A DNA stretch of 62,869 nucleotides, filler included, from Aduncisulcus paluster (taxonomy: Eukaryota): NCBI GenBank assembly GCA_024181965.1. It is 6 parts of 6 records of this genome, joined end to end, with 100 filler letters (N's around TTAATTAATTAA, not from the genome) between each part and the next. Parts side by side here need not be neighbours in the genome. Positions count along the whole stretch, not along the records: positions 1 to 15,127 come from BQXS01010869.1; 5 more parts are not named here. One strand, written 5' to 3'. Made by a program: the position numbers and the translations under genes. Below the pieces are notes generated by a model, which searched no databases, was not told where the DNA came from, and worked only from the letters and a program-made list of their open reading frames with translations. Of this stretch, positions 1-12,567 are shown piece after piece (the stretch's first letter is position 1; every line of letters begins with the position of its first letter).

Positions 1-3000
1 TATAGAGAGGAAGAAGAGAGGGGCGTAGAATCAATCCACAGAGCTTTGAATGTTCTTTCTTCTGTTCTTCAGTCAATTCCACTTCTATTTTCATTTCTTG
101 TTCCTCTTCTTCTGCTTTCGAAACCTCAATATTTTCAGGAGAAGCCGCCACTCCTTTTAACTTTTCTTTCTCTTCTTTCAACTTCTCCTCCTTCTCAAGT
201 CTATTTTTAGCTTCCTTAAATCGTTCAAGGAAAATGGCCTTTATCAACCTTTCACTGTTATGAAGTTCACAAACAAATTCACTCATTGGAAACCTTTCAA
301 CCGGCACAGATACACCTGTCACACCGTATTGACTGTCAGAACCAATTGGCATAGTTTGTTCAAGACTCCAATTTCCTCTGCACCAAGTTCTTCCACCATT
401 CTTCCACCCCATTCCTTCAGATTCGCAGATATCGCATATCTTTGAGAAAACTTCCATACAATCCACAATGCTCATCACACGACGTTCATCGCTCTTCTTT
501 CTCTGTGCGGCAGCAACATATTCGAGATTGTAAATAACAGGGCTATACCGAAGAAGGTGCTCAATACAACTCACTGCACCAACAGAGAGAGCGAGATGTA
601 ATGGAGTTCTATTTTTAGAACTGAGAATGTCTCTTCTTGCTCCGAATCCCAATAGAGTTTTCGTAGCTTTCTGGTGCGAATGCAGGACAGCGAGATGAAG
701 TGGAGTTCTTCCATCGTTTCCTCTAGCATTAACATCTACACCCATTAAGAGAAGAATTCCAATGACTAGGTCATGTCCGTTCATAGCTGCATGGTGTAGA
801 GGCGTATATCCACTGTTATCTCTGAGTTCAAGGAAATCATGAATCTGTTTCACCCTTTCCTTGGGATCATCCACATCTTTCAAACATTGTTTTATACACA
901 AACGAACGCATTGTTCCTGACCTTTCCTGCAATACTCATGAACAGGGGTATATCCGTGGCAATCCTTAGAAAACAATAGCTGGAGTGGATGAGGAGAGTT
1001 TGTCAGGATCATCTCGAGAACATTAACATCTGAACACATGTGCAAAGGGGTCTGTTTGAGATTGTTGATAATTTGAATGCTGACTCCATGTCGCAGAAGA
1101 ACTTCGATGCCTCGCACATCACCATTTTGACAACACAAGTGAAGACAGGTATTTCCATCGGAATTTCGAACATCAACAGACTCGCCACGAGTTAATAAAA
1201 GCAACATAACTCCATATCTACGGCAGGAACAGGCTTGGATAAGGGGTGAATGGGAGATTGTCTTGTCCGTGTTGACGGTCAATCCAACAGATCTTGAAGA
1301 ACTGTCAACATCAGCACCAACAGAGCTTGAGGATGATTCATACATTTCTTTTGACATTCCCCCAATACGTGATGGTCCACCCTGAGTTTCAACAATCATA
1401 GTTAGGACCTCTCCGAGTNNNNNNNNNNNNNNNNNNNNTCGAACATCAACAGACTCGCCACGAGTTAATAAAAGCAACATAACTCCATATCTACGGCAGG
1501 AACAGGCTTGGATAAGGGGTGAATGGGAGAGTGTCTTGTCCGTGTTGACGGTCAATCCAACAGATCTTGAAGAACTGTCAACATCAGCACCAACAGAGCT
1601 TGAGGATGATTCATACATTTCTTTTGACATTCCCCCAATACGTGATGGTCCACCCTGAGTTTCAACAATCATAGTTAGGACCTCTCCGAGTTCTCCTCGG
1701 ACAATATGACGAATTAGAGCCATCGAGGAAGATGATGGATGGAGAGAGACAAACGAAACCCTTCCCTGAGGAAGGTTCTCGAACATTCCACCCGACTCAA
1801 GACGATGTTCGTGAACACTGGATGCTAGACTGCTTCTTCCTGAGAATCTAGCGATGGTTTCTGTATTATTGTGAGCAACAAACAACAGGGAAGATGTCAT
1901 GAAATATGTGTGGGCTGGAAGAGGGAATTTCATAGGTTGGAGAATTGAAACACTCGAAAACCCACTTCTTTTACCCCATGCAGAACTTCTTATGACACTT
2001 TTACACAAATCGGCATCAGAATACGCATATTCAAAACCAGAAAGGTCTTCAGAAATGTCATCTTTATGTATCAAAGCAGATTGAATGCTATTTGATTCAC
2101 ACAACCCAGAACAAAAGATGACTTCATTACTAGCTACCCCTTTTCCAGGACCAATGTCAACAACTCTTGTGTTATGGACATCGTTGATGACAAGCATTAA
2201 GGAGGAAGACAAAGAGCACGAAAGGATGGGAGAGAAGAAGGAAAACTGGGGAATGGAAAAGGAAGAAGACATGCACGTTGGGGGTGAAGTTAGTTGAGTT
2301 GTTGGGAGTGAAGAAGTTGAATGGGGAGGGGGTTTTGGAGCCAGGGACCCTACATTCAACCCAGAGGCATCCATAGGGTTAGTTGGGAAGAGATTCTCTG
2401 AAGATACTGTCAAGTCCTTGCCATCCTTACTCTCTACGTGAATATCATTAACATGAGGGGTGATCAATTTATGTAGGAAATATCTCAGGGGAGATGTCTT
2501 CAAGAGATGAGAGAGTTCTGAAGATTCAACCGATACGGAACTCACGAAATTACTAGGTCCAGATGGTATAATATAATCAGATTGGGATGATTCTCCCGTA
2601 TCTTCATTGTCTTCTCTCAGTCTCGCCCAAATTTCATCAATCCCCACACCAATACCCACTCCACCAATACCAACGATCATCTTCTTCACGAACTTACATA
2701 GACACACACATCCATCGGTGAAACCTACACATACAACTCCTCTAACGCCTGCCAATAGTGTGGAATGGGATGGAGCCACTGGAAGAGCATCCTTGGCCCC
2801 AGGGATGGGAGGGAGAGAGGAAGAAGGACTCGAAGTGGACAAAGGGACAAGCAGAGGGTCGGACGGAGCTGTGCTTATGATTCCATTGGGTCTCATTGAA
2901 GGGGGAAAAGAGGAAGAAGGAATAACAGACAGACCAAGATCATCATGGGAGAATGATGAGGATTTATCAGCAGAAAGAAGAGATTTGTCATCGGCAAGAG

Positions 3001-5275
3001 AATGACGAGCCATCTCTTCCTGTTTCATCTGCTCTGATCTACGTTTCTCCTCAAGTTCTTGAACTGCTTGTTCCCGCTCTCGTGAAAGCTCCTTTGTGCG
3101 ACCTTCAGAGATCTCTTCCTCAATACTGGCCTTCTCAGATCCATGATCTTCAGATCCGAGACTATGAGATCTATTTTTAGCTCCAGAGTGAGTATCAGTT
3201 GTTGTTCCGAACAAGATACTTTCTTCCTCTTCCTGCATCTTTCTAATCTTTTCCCTCTCTTCTTCAGCGAGTTGGTACAGCGATGAGCGTAGTTTTGGAT
3301 GGCACTGAAGGAAGGTATCAACAACAAGAGATCCACATGCCCCATCTCCCATACAAAGAGATGAGATGGGGCAAGTATTGAGTGACATGGCCGCGATCAA
3401 CGAGGGAGGCATATTCATAGGTGTAAGCGAATGTGCCAATGGGTGGGATGGTATGAAGAAAGGGGAGATGTACATTCCACCACTGACAAGTGCTTGATCA
3501 TGGATGATGGATTTGGACTTGGAAGAGGAAGAGCGAGGAACATTTTTGATTCCTCCCGCAGCAAGTTCCTTCCTCATTCTTTCCTTGTCGCAAAACACAG
3601 CAGTAATGTTCATCACAGGACTGACACGAGGATATGTCTGACACACATATACATGGGTGGTCAGGGTTGTCGCAATGATGAAATGACGGTGTGTCATAAC
3701 AATCACTTTGTGGTCAGCACGTTGATCACCAGCAGTATAACCATCGGAGGATTCCATACGTCGGGGATCGGTATTATCTGAAGAGTAGTTCGAAGAACGG
3801 ACACCGAGACTACTCCTGCGACGGAGAGTCTTGGACACTACACCACCGGGGCCCAAGCCTACTGAGACCATTCCCGGGGGATTCTTCTTCTTCACTTCTT
3901 GTTCTTCCCCCATTCCAACACACCCAGCGGTGATCTTTGTATTTGGAACAATAATTCCAGGAAGAGCTGAAGAAGAATGGATGAGATCTTTTATATTAAT
4001 TACAGCTTTAAGAGTTAAATCGTCTCCAACAACATAAATCATGTTCTCACAGACGCACCAAAGTTCTTTTTCATATAAGGAAGAGGCTAAATTCATCAGA
4101 GCATCATCGGGGCCAGCAGTGGAAGAAGACATGTGGGACATCCTTGGATTTGCACCGTATTCATCCATGCCACTGCTAAGATCTGCTCCATGTGACGATG
4201 AAAAGTCTATTTGATCGGAAGAGGAACCAGTTATGACCTCTTTTATACTATCACGTACATCAACTCTCATGGAACGCTGAGCCTTAAACTCAATGGCTTG
4301 ATGCGCAAGAAATTGTGATATATCCGAAAGACTACGAGTTTTGGCAGTCTCACTTCGACTCTTTAAATTAGCAACTCTTGTTTGCTCAGATTCCCTCTGT
4401 TCTCTTCTATCACGAGTCAGAGGAACAGTCACCGTGTGCATGGATATCAAAGAACAAGGGATACTCATTAATAAATGTGATAATTGATGGGCAAATAAAG
4501 GAGGTTTCATATCAAGAGAAGGTTCATCAGAAGCAGCTTCTTGAACAGCAGCAGAATCCGTAGAAGATTTCCCATCTCGATTCATAAACAATTGCCTTGA
4601 ATATGCCATGAAAGCTGATTCAGATTTTCCATCAGGCCCATGAACAGCGACAGTTCCATCAGAAGCTGCAGTTTCTCGAGCCAGCGTTTCTTTACGCAGT
4701 TCTTCCTTGTAACGCAATGAATGGCGATAAAAAGTTACATAATGTGGGTCATACTCGTCCACATCAACGGTGACGCTATCACCAGATGATATGAAACCAA
4801 GACCTCGAGCTATCTCAGATACTGTTGAAGAAGAAGGGCAATTAAATTCCGTAATAAGTTTAATATTCATACTATGCCCAGAATTAAATGAAATAAAAAC
4901 AAGAGCAGGAATAACAATAGATTGAGTGGATGGACCACGTTGGATCGAAGCTTGGGAAGAATAACAGAGAATTCCTTTTCCCCATTCAACAGCATGATAA
5001 ATAGGGAAAGGAATTGGAAAAGTACGCATTGATTTATCAGAGATAGACTCAAGATCAGCGATAGAGAGATTATGAGGACTAGTAAGAGTATTTGAGGACG
5101 TATCGTGGGAAGAAATACCTGTAAATGAAGTAACATTTGCTTTTTTTGGAGTAATAGTTGAAGAAGACCAAAATACCATAAGTTTCTGTCTTCTTCTCGA
5201 GAATATTGAACATGTTGTTTGCCCAGGAAATAGATTTTCCTGGAGAATTGTATCAGCTACTCTATGTGACGACAT
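1..5275 (-). CDS. Large ankyrin-repeat protein (3' end outside the window)
   Basis: ATG at 5275 (MSSHRVADTILQENLFPG...). The frame was open wherever I translated it, and it runs off the window, so it is absent from the ORF track. Ankyrin repeats at ~555-1265 (RDNSGYTPLHHAAMNGH, ARGNDGRTPLHLAVLH, KNRTPLHLALSVG). The duplication across the N gap is offset by 273 nt, so the frame is preserved. Confidence 0.85.
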   Translation of the reverse strand, partial: MSSHRVADTILQENLFPGQTTCSIFSRRRQKLMVFWSSSTITPKKANVTSFTGISSHDTSSNTLTSPHNLSIADLESISDKSMRTFPIPFPIYHAVEWGKGILCYSSQASIQRGPSTQSIVIPALVFISFNSGHSMNIKLITEFNCPSSSTVSEIARGLGFISSGDSVTVDVDEYDPHYVTFYRHSLRYKEELRKETLARETAASDGTVAVHGPDGKSESAFMAYSRQLFMNRDGKSSTDSAAVQEAASDEPSLDMKPPLFAHQLSHLLMSIPCSLISMHTVTVPLTRDRREQRESEQTRVANLKSRSETAKTRSLSDISQFLAHQAIEFKAQRSMRVDVRDSIKEVITGSSSDQIDFSSSHGADLSSGMDEYGANPRMSHMSSSTAGPDDALMNLASSLYEKELWCVCENMIYVVGDDLTLKAVINIKDLIHSSSALPGIIVPNTKITAGCVGMGEEQEVKKKNPPGMVSVGLGPGGVVSKTLRRRSSLGVRSSNYSSDNTDPRRMESSDGYTAGDQRADHKVIVMTHRHFIIATTLTTHVYVCQTYPRVSPVMNITAVFCDKERMRKELAAGGIKNVPRSSSSKSKSIIHDQALVSGGMYISPFFIPSHPLAHSLTPMNMPPSLIAAMSLNTCPISSLCMGDGACGSLVVDTFLQCHPKLRSSLYQLAEEEREKIRKMQEEEESILFGTTTDTHSGAKNRSHSLGSEDHGSEKASIEEEISEGRTKELSREREQAVQELEEKRRSEQMKQEEMARHSLADDKSLLSADKSSSFSHDDLGLSVIPSSSFPPSMRPNGIISTAPSDPLLVPLSTSSPSSSLPPIPGAKDALPVAPSHSTLLAGVRGVVCVGFTDGCVCLCKFVKKMIVGIGGVGIGVGIDEIWARLREDNEDTGESSQSDYIIPSGPSNFVSSVSVESSELSHLLKTSPLRYFLHKLITPHVNDIHVESKDGKDLTVSSENLFPTNPMDASGLNVGSLAPKPPPHSTSSLPTTQLTSPPTCMSSSFSIPQFSFFSPILSCSLSSSLMLVINDVHNTRVVDIGPGKGVASNEVIFCSGLCESNSIQSALIHKDDISEDLSGFEYAYSDADLCKSVIRSSAWGKRSGFSSVSILQPMKFPLPAHTYFMTSSLLFVAHNNTETIARFSGRSSLASSVHEHRLESGGMFENLPQGRVSFVSLHPSSSSMALIRHIVRGELGEVLTMIVETQGGPSRIGGMSKEMYESSSSSVGADVDSSSRSVGLTVNTDKTLSHSPLIQACSCRRYGVMLLLLTRGESVDVRXXXXXXXLGEVLTMIVETQGGPSRIGGMSKEMYESSSSSVGADVDSSSRSVGLTVNTDKTISHSPLIQACSCRRYGVMLLLLTRGESVDVRNSDGNTCLHLCCQNGDVRGIEVLLRHGVSIQIINNLKQTPLHMCSDVNVLEMILTNSPHPLQLLFSKDCHGYTPVHEYCRKGQEQCVRLCIKQCLKDVDDPKERVKQIHDFLELRDNSGYTPLHHAAMNGHDLVIGILLLMGVDVNARGNDGRTPLHLAVLHSHQKATKTLLGFGARRDILSSKNRTPLHLALSVGAVSCIEHLLRYSPVIYNLEYVAAAQRKKSDERRVMSIVDCMEVFSKICDICESEGMGWKNGGRTWCRGNWSLEQTMPIGSDSQYGVTGVSVPVERFPMSEFVCELHNSERLIKAIFLERFKEAKNRLEKEEKLKEEKEKLKGVAASPENIEVSKAEEEEQEMKIEVELTEEQKKEHSKLCGLILRPSLLPLY
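1166..1691. other. Scaffold gap with duplicated flanks (probable unmerged overlap)
   Basis: 1166-1418 is repeated at 1439-1691 (I saw one mismatch) around 20 Ns at 1419-1438. Confidence 0.85.
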
Positions 5276-5770
5276 TGAATGCTTGTTTTCAGTGTTCAAT
5301 GTATGCACATGGATTACAAAAAATGTAATTCGAACAGAAAAATATATTATTTCCAAAAACCACCAAAACTATTGGAAAAATGAATGATATATTGAATAAA
5401 TAAGATAACTTATATTTTATTTCATAATGTCATTGGATAGAGCGAAAACAAGGAAAATCAAAAACAAAACTTTGAATGAGAAAAACAAAAGTGTATAAAT
5501 CCCGATAAAACAAATTATTTTGTTGAAATTGCCAAAAATGGCATTTAAAATTTGATTCAGAGCTGAATTGATTGTAAAAATATTGGGGCTTGCATAGAGG
5601 TATTTTCGAATGTAATTCAATCAGTTATGATAGAAATCATCCATGTTACCTCATATTTGCATTTCATATCGATATATTGTATTTGGTCCACCCTTAAAGC
5701 CAGAAAATCGATCGAAATAATAGAATTCAAGTGCATGACATTATTATCATTTAAGATGTCCATAAACCAA

Positions 5771-7480
5771 TCACTTACGCCCCTTATACTTCTCGGCATA
5801 TCTATGTTCTCGACTATGATGAGATTCTTTCCCTTTTGTACGAATTCTTCCTTTCTTGGCTCTTGCTAACTTTTTTTCTGCGAGCATTTTTGCCCGTTCA
5901 ACCGATGTTAAGGTATCTATAGGATCCATACTCATCAATCGCAAGTAATTATCGCAATAATCTATCAAATTTCCTGACTTTTCTTTCCCCTTTTTGTCAT
6001 CTTCATTCTCATAGAATGAAGATATGAGAAGAGAACATGAAACAAATCCACAATCTTCAAGGCGAAGAGTTCTAGTGAGATAGGTTGACATAATGGAAAG
6101 CTTATCACGGAGGAATGGTGGCAAATATGATAACTCGGATGAGATAAGACACTGAGTAAGCTTTGAACACAAAGAATGGTGAAGGGTATGTTTCTGAGAT
6201 TGAATAATAAGCTCTTGTTGCTCCTTTTTGCTGCTTTTTTGGATTAGGGTGATGGTCTTTGGGTCGATCTCTTGACTATACTCGCCAACAATGCCACCAA
6301 CAACGACTATTCTCTGAAATAATAGAATGAGGGATTCGTCAGTGAGTGATGAAGACTCACTCAATCTATGCAAAGCTCCAAGCAAGCCCCCACACTGTCT
6401 TTTGCATGAGATACAATCACAATCAGTACAGAAACCATGGAGTAAAATTGAACAAAAAGTCTCTCTTTGCTCATCAGAAAGAATAGGTAATACTGGTGGA
6501 ATCTCGTCACAAAAGCAGGTAAATGGAGCTGCATTATCTTGAGAACTTTGTTTAATGTAGTCATCACGGGTCGAGGAAAGAGCACTTTCTCCTTCCTCTT
6601 TCTCCTCCCCTTCTTTGGCATGGCAAGGATGCTCGCGCCAAGAATCAGAGTCTTGTAATTTCTTTTCTTTCAGTTGAAGTACTCTTATTCTTTCTTCTTC
6701 TTCCGAAATCATGAAACCAGGGCCACCGGAAACACACATTTCAGATAATACATCGCAACATTTATGGCATGGACATCCGGAAGACTCTTCTTTTTTGGCA
6801 CACAAACAATGTATGAGGGCATGATTAAGGCCAACTCCAATTGAAATGCTCTCGGATTGAAGAATAGAACCCCCCAAGATGACACTCATTCTACTCTCTA
6901 TTGGGGAGATATCAATCACAATTCCGCTATGAATATTTGGAATAATCTTTGGAATTGAAGATCTTATGACCTTTGGATCGCTCGAAGATGGACATTCTGA
7001 TGTTGATGACGGAGTATCATCAAGTGAGGGGGCCTCATCTGTGGGATCTGAGTGTTTATGTTTATATAGTTCTTCTATGGAATCGATATTAAATGTTTTA
7101 TCAAAGGATATGGGTAAAAAAGGCAATAAAATTGGTTCATAGGGAAGGATCCTAACTCTACCACGAAATCGGTGTGATTTAAACAATTTGCATATTCTAT
7201 TCTTAAATATTGAAATAAAAGGATATGTTGAATGGATTGAAACAATCAGATTGATTGAATGAATGACGGAAAGATCAGATATCCTCATCACATCATATAC
7301 GATATGAGAACAAAAATTTCCTATCAAATGCTTCAATGTTTTACGTGAATGACGTTGTAATAATGTTGTTTTATCTCCATTTTTATCCCTGAAAATAGTG
7401 CGTACCTTTGAAAGAGGAAGGATAGATCTTGACGTCCCTATCCTTGTCCAATATGAACCTATTTCAATAATTATATTCAT
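5771..7480 (-). CDS. Divergent actin-related protein (actin-fold)
   Basis: ATG at 7480. Actin-like motifs: IIIEIGSYWTRIG (phosphate-1), SGIVIDISPIESRMSVILGG (phosphate-2) and LFQRIVVVGG (adenosine motif), with long insertions. Confidence 0.7.
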   Translation of the reverse strand: MNIIIEIGSYWTRIGTSRSILPLSKVRTIFRDKNGDKTTLLQRHSRKTLKHLIGNFCSHIVYDVMRISDLSVIHSINLIVSIHSTYPFISIFKNRICKLFKSHRFRGRVRILPYEPILLPFLPISFDKTFNIDSIEELYKHKHSDPTDEAPSLDDTPSSTSECPSSSDPKVIRSSIPKIIPNIHSGIVIDISPIESRMSVILGGSILQSESISIGVGLNHALIHCLCAKKEESSGCPCHKCCDVLSEMCVSGGPGFMISEEEERIRVLQLKEKKLQDSDSWREHPCHAKEGEEKEEGESALSSTRDDYIKQSSQDNAAPFTCFCDEIPPVLPILSDEQRETFCSILLHGFCTDCDCISCKRQCGGLLGALHRLSESSSLTDESLILLFQRIVVVGGIVGEYSQEIDPKTITLIQKSSKKEQQELIIQSQKHTLHHSLCSKLTQCLISSELSYLPPFLRDKLSIMSTYLTRTLRLEDCGFVSCSLLISSFYENEDDKKGKEKSGNLIDYCDNYLRLMSMDPIDTLTSVERAKMLAEKKLARAKKGRIRTKGKESHHSREHRYAEKYKGRK

Positions 7481-7585
7481 TTTAAAATTTAAAATCTGTT
7501 TTTTCAAAAAATATACTCGTAAATATAAAAATTAAATTGTATCCTCTCCACAACGCAAAGAAAATCAAATCTTGCATGCATAGCG

Positions 7586-10500
7586 ATGTTGAATGGATAT
7601 TTCATTATAAAATCGGAAACTGGAGAACTAATATATCATAAATGTTTTGTTCCTATTGAAAAGACAGGATTTATTCCACCTCATCAGAAAAAAGTTATAT
7701 GTATGTCTTATTAATGATAATTTCATATATTCTGTGTTATATTTTTAAAGTATACTAATTTGCTAAGCTAAATATTTGCAATTTCATTCATTTATTCAAT
7801 TATTTTTCCAATTTCTACATTTCAATCCATTCTAGACACTTCAACAAAGATTGCCCACCAATCGGCATGTTTAAATTCGGCTTCCTTTTTATGGGCATCT
7901 TTGGGTGCACGGTCGCGAGCTTCCGAAACAATCATTCATTTATATAATAACATCATTATCATATACCCTTCTCAGGCCCTCCCTTATGAAGCAAGATCAA
8001 AGGGATTCGGTTTTCCTGTGATGATAGTTGCTTCATTCAGGAATATGGATGTGAGAAGTGTCAATAATAGCCCTGTTCTTTATCCTTTTCGTCATCAACA
8101 TCTCATTAGTCATGAACCCTCAATTTTTAGCACAACAACACAAAATCAAAATATTTCTAATCCTCAAGCATCTGGCAAGCATTCATTTTCATCGATATTT
8201 GGAGCTGGACAACCTTCCCCCATTCTCCCTCCGCCCATGGAAAGATCCGAAGCTGCAGTCGGAATGAAAGATATCACTGGAGAAACAAAGGATGTTGGAT
8301 TTATATCCAAGGAAACAAAGAGCAGAAGGAGACTTTCTTTCAGTGGTCTTGCTCTTCCTCCCAAACCTCCTTCCCGCCCTCCAGGAGCTGATCACAAAGG
8401 AAAAGGAAGGGCTCAAATTGAGAGAGATTGGGAAAGAAGGCATGAAAAAGATCTAGATATATCAGCTTCGAAGGCAAGTGGATCTCCGTCTCCCTTCATT
8501 ATATTACTTCCAGCCTGCAGTCGAGATATCCAATTGCGAGTCACCATTGATATTTTATTGAGACACATGATATTGCAACACATCAAAGCATGTGGACAAG
8601 CCAAGCTTTGCAAGGGACTCCGCATGCATGGAATGACAATGAGAGGTGTTATCAGACGTCTGTTGAGTGGTTTCATGCCTGATGTGACAGATATCAAGGT
8701 GGTTGTTCCAAAACGCGATGAAAAGGGGAGAATTGTCAAAAGGAAGAGACAATCTTGGATTCAGGGAGAAGGTGGGAGAGGAGGAGAAGAATATGTCACT
8801 GAGTCCCTTACCATCGGGAAGTCCAATCCATGGGCATTTGCCCTTTATTCACCCGCATATTGTGCCTATGTCAAGGAATTGGTGCGATCTAGAGATATGC
8901 GGAAGAAGAAATGGTGGCATGTGCAAAGAAAAGACAAGATTGATCGAAGACGTCATCGTGAAGAGGAAGAACTCAGAGAACACATCAAAGATAGGAGAGA
9001 ACGAGGTGAAGATGTAGATATTTCTTCCCTCGAAAATGTTGGAAAGAATGCAAAGGGTGCAGGGAAAGGAAAGAAACCAGCACGCCAAGGAATATTTAAG
9101 TGTTGTGGTCGTTCTGCTGCCAATGCCTCATCCCCAAGTTCATTGGCTCGGTCTCGCAGAGAATCTGTGGATGATATCTCTCCAGATTCAAAGAGAAGAC
9201 AGTTTATCAAAGTATTCGAGGAATCCTCAGGAGCTGAGTATTCGGATCAGGACGAATCTTTGGAAGATTCAGACAGGAAATCACATAAATCTATTCATAG
9301 TTCTAAACGTGTTTCATCTGATTCCTTCCAAGATGAGGAATATTCTCTGTCAGATAATGCCCAAGCAAAGAAAGAAGAGTTCATTTCTGCTCGTCGTCAA
9401 GAAGAATCCCTTGAGAACGTCCATCCATTGTTTTCTGTGAGAATACCTGCCCCGGAACCTCCTCGTCGGCTCCCTCCCTCCCCTCCCAGTTATGATGTCT
9501 GTGTGGCTGAAATGTCTGGTTATTTTGAGAAACTATGGAGCAGTGGAACACTCACAATTACTAAAGGAAGGAAAAGTGAGGAAGAAGAGAAGCGAGAGCA
9601 AGAACAGAGAGACCTAAGGCATAAGGAAGAGAGTGACAGAATCGCGATAATTAGAAAAGAGAGAGAGAAAGCAGAGAAAGGACAAGAGGAAATAGGAGAA
9701 GAAGAGGAAGAGGAAGAAGAGGTTATGTATGAAAAAGAAGAGGAGGACTCTGACATTCAAGTTCATACAAGTCATAACAAGCACGAAATAGCATCGATTC
9801 CGTATCTTAAGTCGTCCAAAACATACCAATCATCTCCTATTGCTCCTCCATCCCCTCACAATACTTCTTCCTCTTCCTCTTCTTCCTCTCATCGAGCAGT
9901 TGCAGGTAATCTGCCTTTTTTTAGTGACAAGGGAGTCCATACTTGGTCACAAGGTAAAGTCAACGTCACAAAAGTTGACGAAGGTTTTGTTTCTTTCACC
10001 CCAGTATCTCCTCCAGCCTCAACGGCTGTGTGTATCCGGTCACAGAGTCATGGTGAAGCCGTTCCAGATTTAGAAATTGAGAAAAAACATAAAAATAGAG
10101 GATTATTAACATCTCAACAACATATCCATGATGAAATGGGTGAGAAAGACCGACATTCTATTCCCAAAACGAAGAGAAGCCAGGAAAAGAGAGAAAAACC
10201 TTTGAAGAAGAGCAGAGTTGTTGAATTTCACGCAGATGATGCTACAACTCGTCAAAATCATGAGAGAGGAAGAGCTTCGACAACAGGACCGTCTATGCCT
10301 CAGAATATACGAGAAAGAACTCGAATTCACTCGCCTATTTCGTTAACATATGATTCCATCCATATATATCAAAGGAAACGAACACCCTCATCGAAGGAAC
10401 TTGAGAGATCTCGTGATTCCTCTTCTCGACCAACCTCTCTTTCTGTCTCTGATGTGGTTGATATATCTCGAGTTCATTCCCTGGTACATATGTATTTGTC

Positions 10501-10915
10501 TCACAAAACAACAACTCACACTCGACTCAAAGTTCTGATGCAATATATTCTATTGCACGCACTATCCTTTGCTCTTCTTGGGGAACGAAGGGTGTTTACA
10601 GGAGAGAATAACGATGGAACGATGTTTTTGTCTCAAAGTCATACTCCATCAATAATGTTTGAGATTTTGCTTGACAAAAAGGATGTTGAACAGGAAGGGA
10701 GGTGGAAGGGGGTCAAAAGCGCCGAAGATGAACCTGAAACTTGTGTCCTAAGGATTAATTTATTATTAGATGGCCCTCTTATTGTGGTATGGTGTGATGG
10801 ACTGCCAATAGATGGCTCCACAACTCATACTCTTCAAGGAATGGGGTCAGCCAAGGCTTCCGCGGTTGGTCTCCTTCATGATTGTATGGAATGGTCATAT
10901 TTAAATGGATGGTGA
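7586..10915 (+). CDS. Hypothetical protein with longin-like N-terminus (2 exons: 7586-7700, 7836-10915)
   Basis: Exon 1 (MLNGYFIIKSETGELIYHKCF...) joins the 1004-aa ORF in frame across a GTATGT...CTAG intron. The start resembles the longin beta1-beta2 pattern; the middle is low complexity. Confidence 0.7.
7701..7835 (+). other. Spliceosomal intron (135 nt, phase 1)
   Basis: GTATGT donor and TCCATTCTAG acceptor; AT-rich; removal restores an ATG-initiated frame. Confidence 0.75.
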
Positions 10916-12567
10916 TTTGAAAATTGATATTTAGAGACCTTAGAAAATGTTTGACCACTGGTATGAGAATTCAATTCTCATGCCAAGACTTGGCAGCCAA
11001 GTTGTCAAGACTCTCCATCCTAAATAGATATTCCTGTGTAATAGAAAGATTTATATTATACATTTGAATAAAATTTATATTTTTGTTATTCCAATTTGGC
11101 AATATGCTATCAGCCGTCTCGGCTCAACACGGTGTTGATAAAGAATCTTTCTTTCTTCCATGTTTTGGCAAAGGTCCAATTCTTGTGGTCATTTTATTTG
11201 ATCTTTCAAACCTATATTTCCTTATGGCTTGATTTGTTTTGTTCTGATATGTTATTCAGACCTGATTTTTTGAATGGTTCATCAATCTTGCACTTTCCCA
11301 TTAAGATACAAAAATATTAAAATATAATTTTATCGTCATTATGGATGTTTTTTAATTATATTCTCTATATTTAACGAATAGTTGTTTAAAATAACCGATA
11401 ATAAGAACCCTCAATTGGAGTGCTCAAATTGATTTCTTCTTCGGAGTGAGTTAATTTTACTGGATAAAATGAACATTTTTTATATTTTGTTCACGAGATA
11501 ACTTTTATGAATTATATTAAACAGTTTTCTACCCACTATCCCCTTCCAGCTCATCCTATTAAGAGGATTCATGCTGAAGAAAGGTTGTTTTATGCCAACA
11601 TTGATTGTAAGGTTCCTAAATATGCTTCCATTGAAGCTAATTCCATTTCTGAGTAGAATATTATGACTGATTTTGTTATCATCCATTTTGACTCGACTTT
11701 TTTGATAATTATTTCTTTGACATGATAAAAAACAATCACCCCTTAACATATTCCAGATACTCTCACACGTGATCTTATTCTCTCTATTGCATACTCACCG
11801 TTTAATTGGAATACCTGTACTTTTTCTCTTTCTCGCGTAATATATACTATTTGATCTATATAATTATTGTTTATCCTTGTATCGGCACTTTCTCTCCCTC
11901 TATTTGGTAATATAATTTATTTGCATTTGCCATACAGTGTAGCATTCATGCATGATGAATCCTATTCATACACAGCCTAAAGCTCCAAGAAACTTGTCGG
12001 ATTGAGCAATTAATATTTCTATTTGGACTTAAAATCTGAAGATTTGATGTTTTTGAGCATCATTTTGCTTTTTTCTTTTTCTTGACTTTTTGAATGTTTA
12101 ATTTTCTCGATAATAAATCTTTTCAATGATAAATTTGATGATCAAAAATATTGATTTTTGCGGTAATTAATGATAGAATTGGTAAATCGGCATCATCTTG
12201 GTTTCTAGTTCTAATCTCATCTTCTTGGTATCAATCATTATTTTCAATGGTCGTCTTTGTGATTATTTAGAGTAATAATATGAATTAATGATCTAAATTA
12301 TTTCGCTGGGTTCTATTTTTTACGATGGATAATTATCTTGAATCTATGGGGAATAATTTTGTTACCATCGTCATGTGTGATTTATTTTGCTTTAATCGAG
12401 TTATATATAATAATATTATACCCTTTTCATTCTGGATTTTCTTGATATGTTTCATGTCATTCGTTGGCTGTTGTTTCAAAAGTGGTCTTTTTGGTGGTCC
12501 CTAAACGGATAAATTTGTTAAGAATATCTGAGAATTGGTTTTTTGAATCAATCTTTGTGAATTTTCA

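Noticed and set aside
1166-1691. 253-bp direct repeat in the ankyrin gene
   Set aside because: It flanks a 20-N gap and is most simply an unmerged overlap.
5617-5780. Possible GTAAGT intron at the end of the actin-related gene
   Set aside because: The ORF already terminates normally and no conserved downstream exon supports it.
11000-12500. Long intergenic stretch with short ORFs
   Set aside because: No coherent reading frame, motif or repeat recognised.
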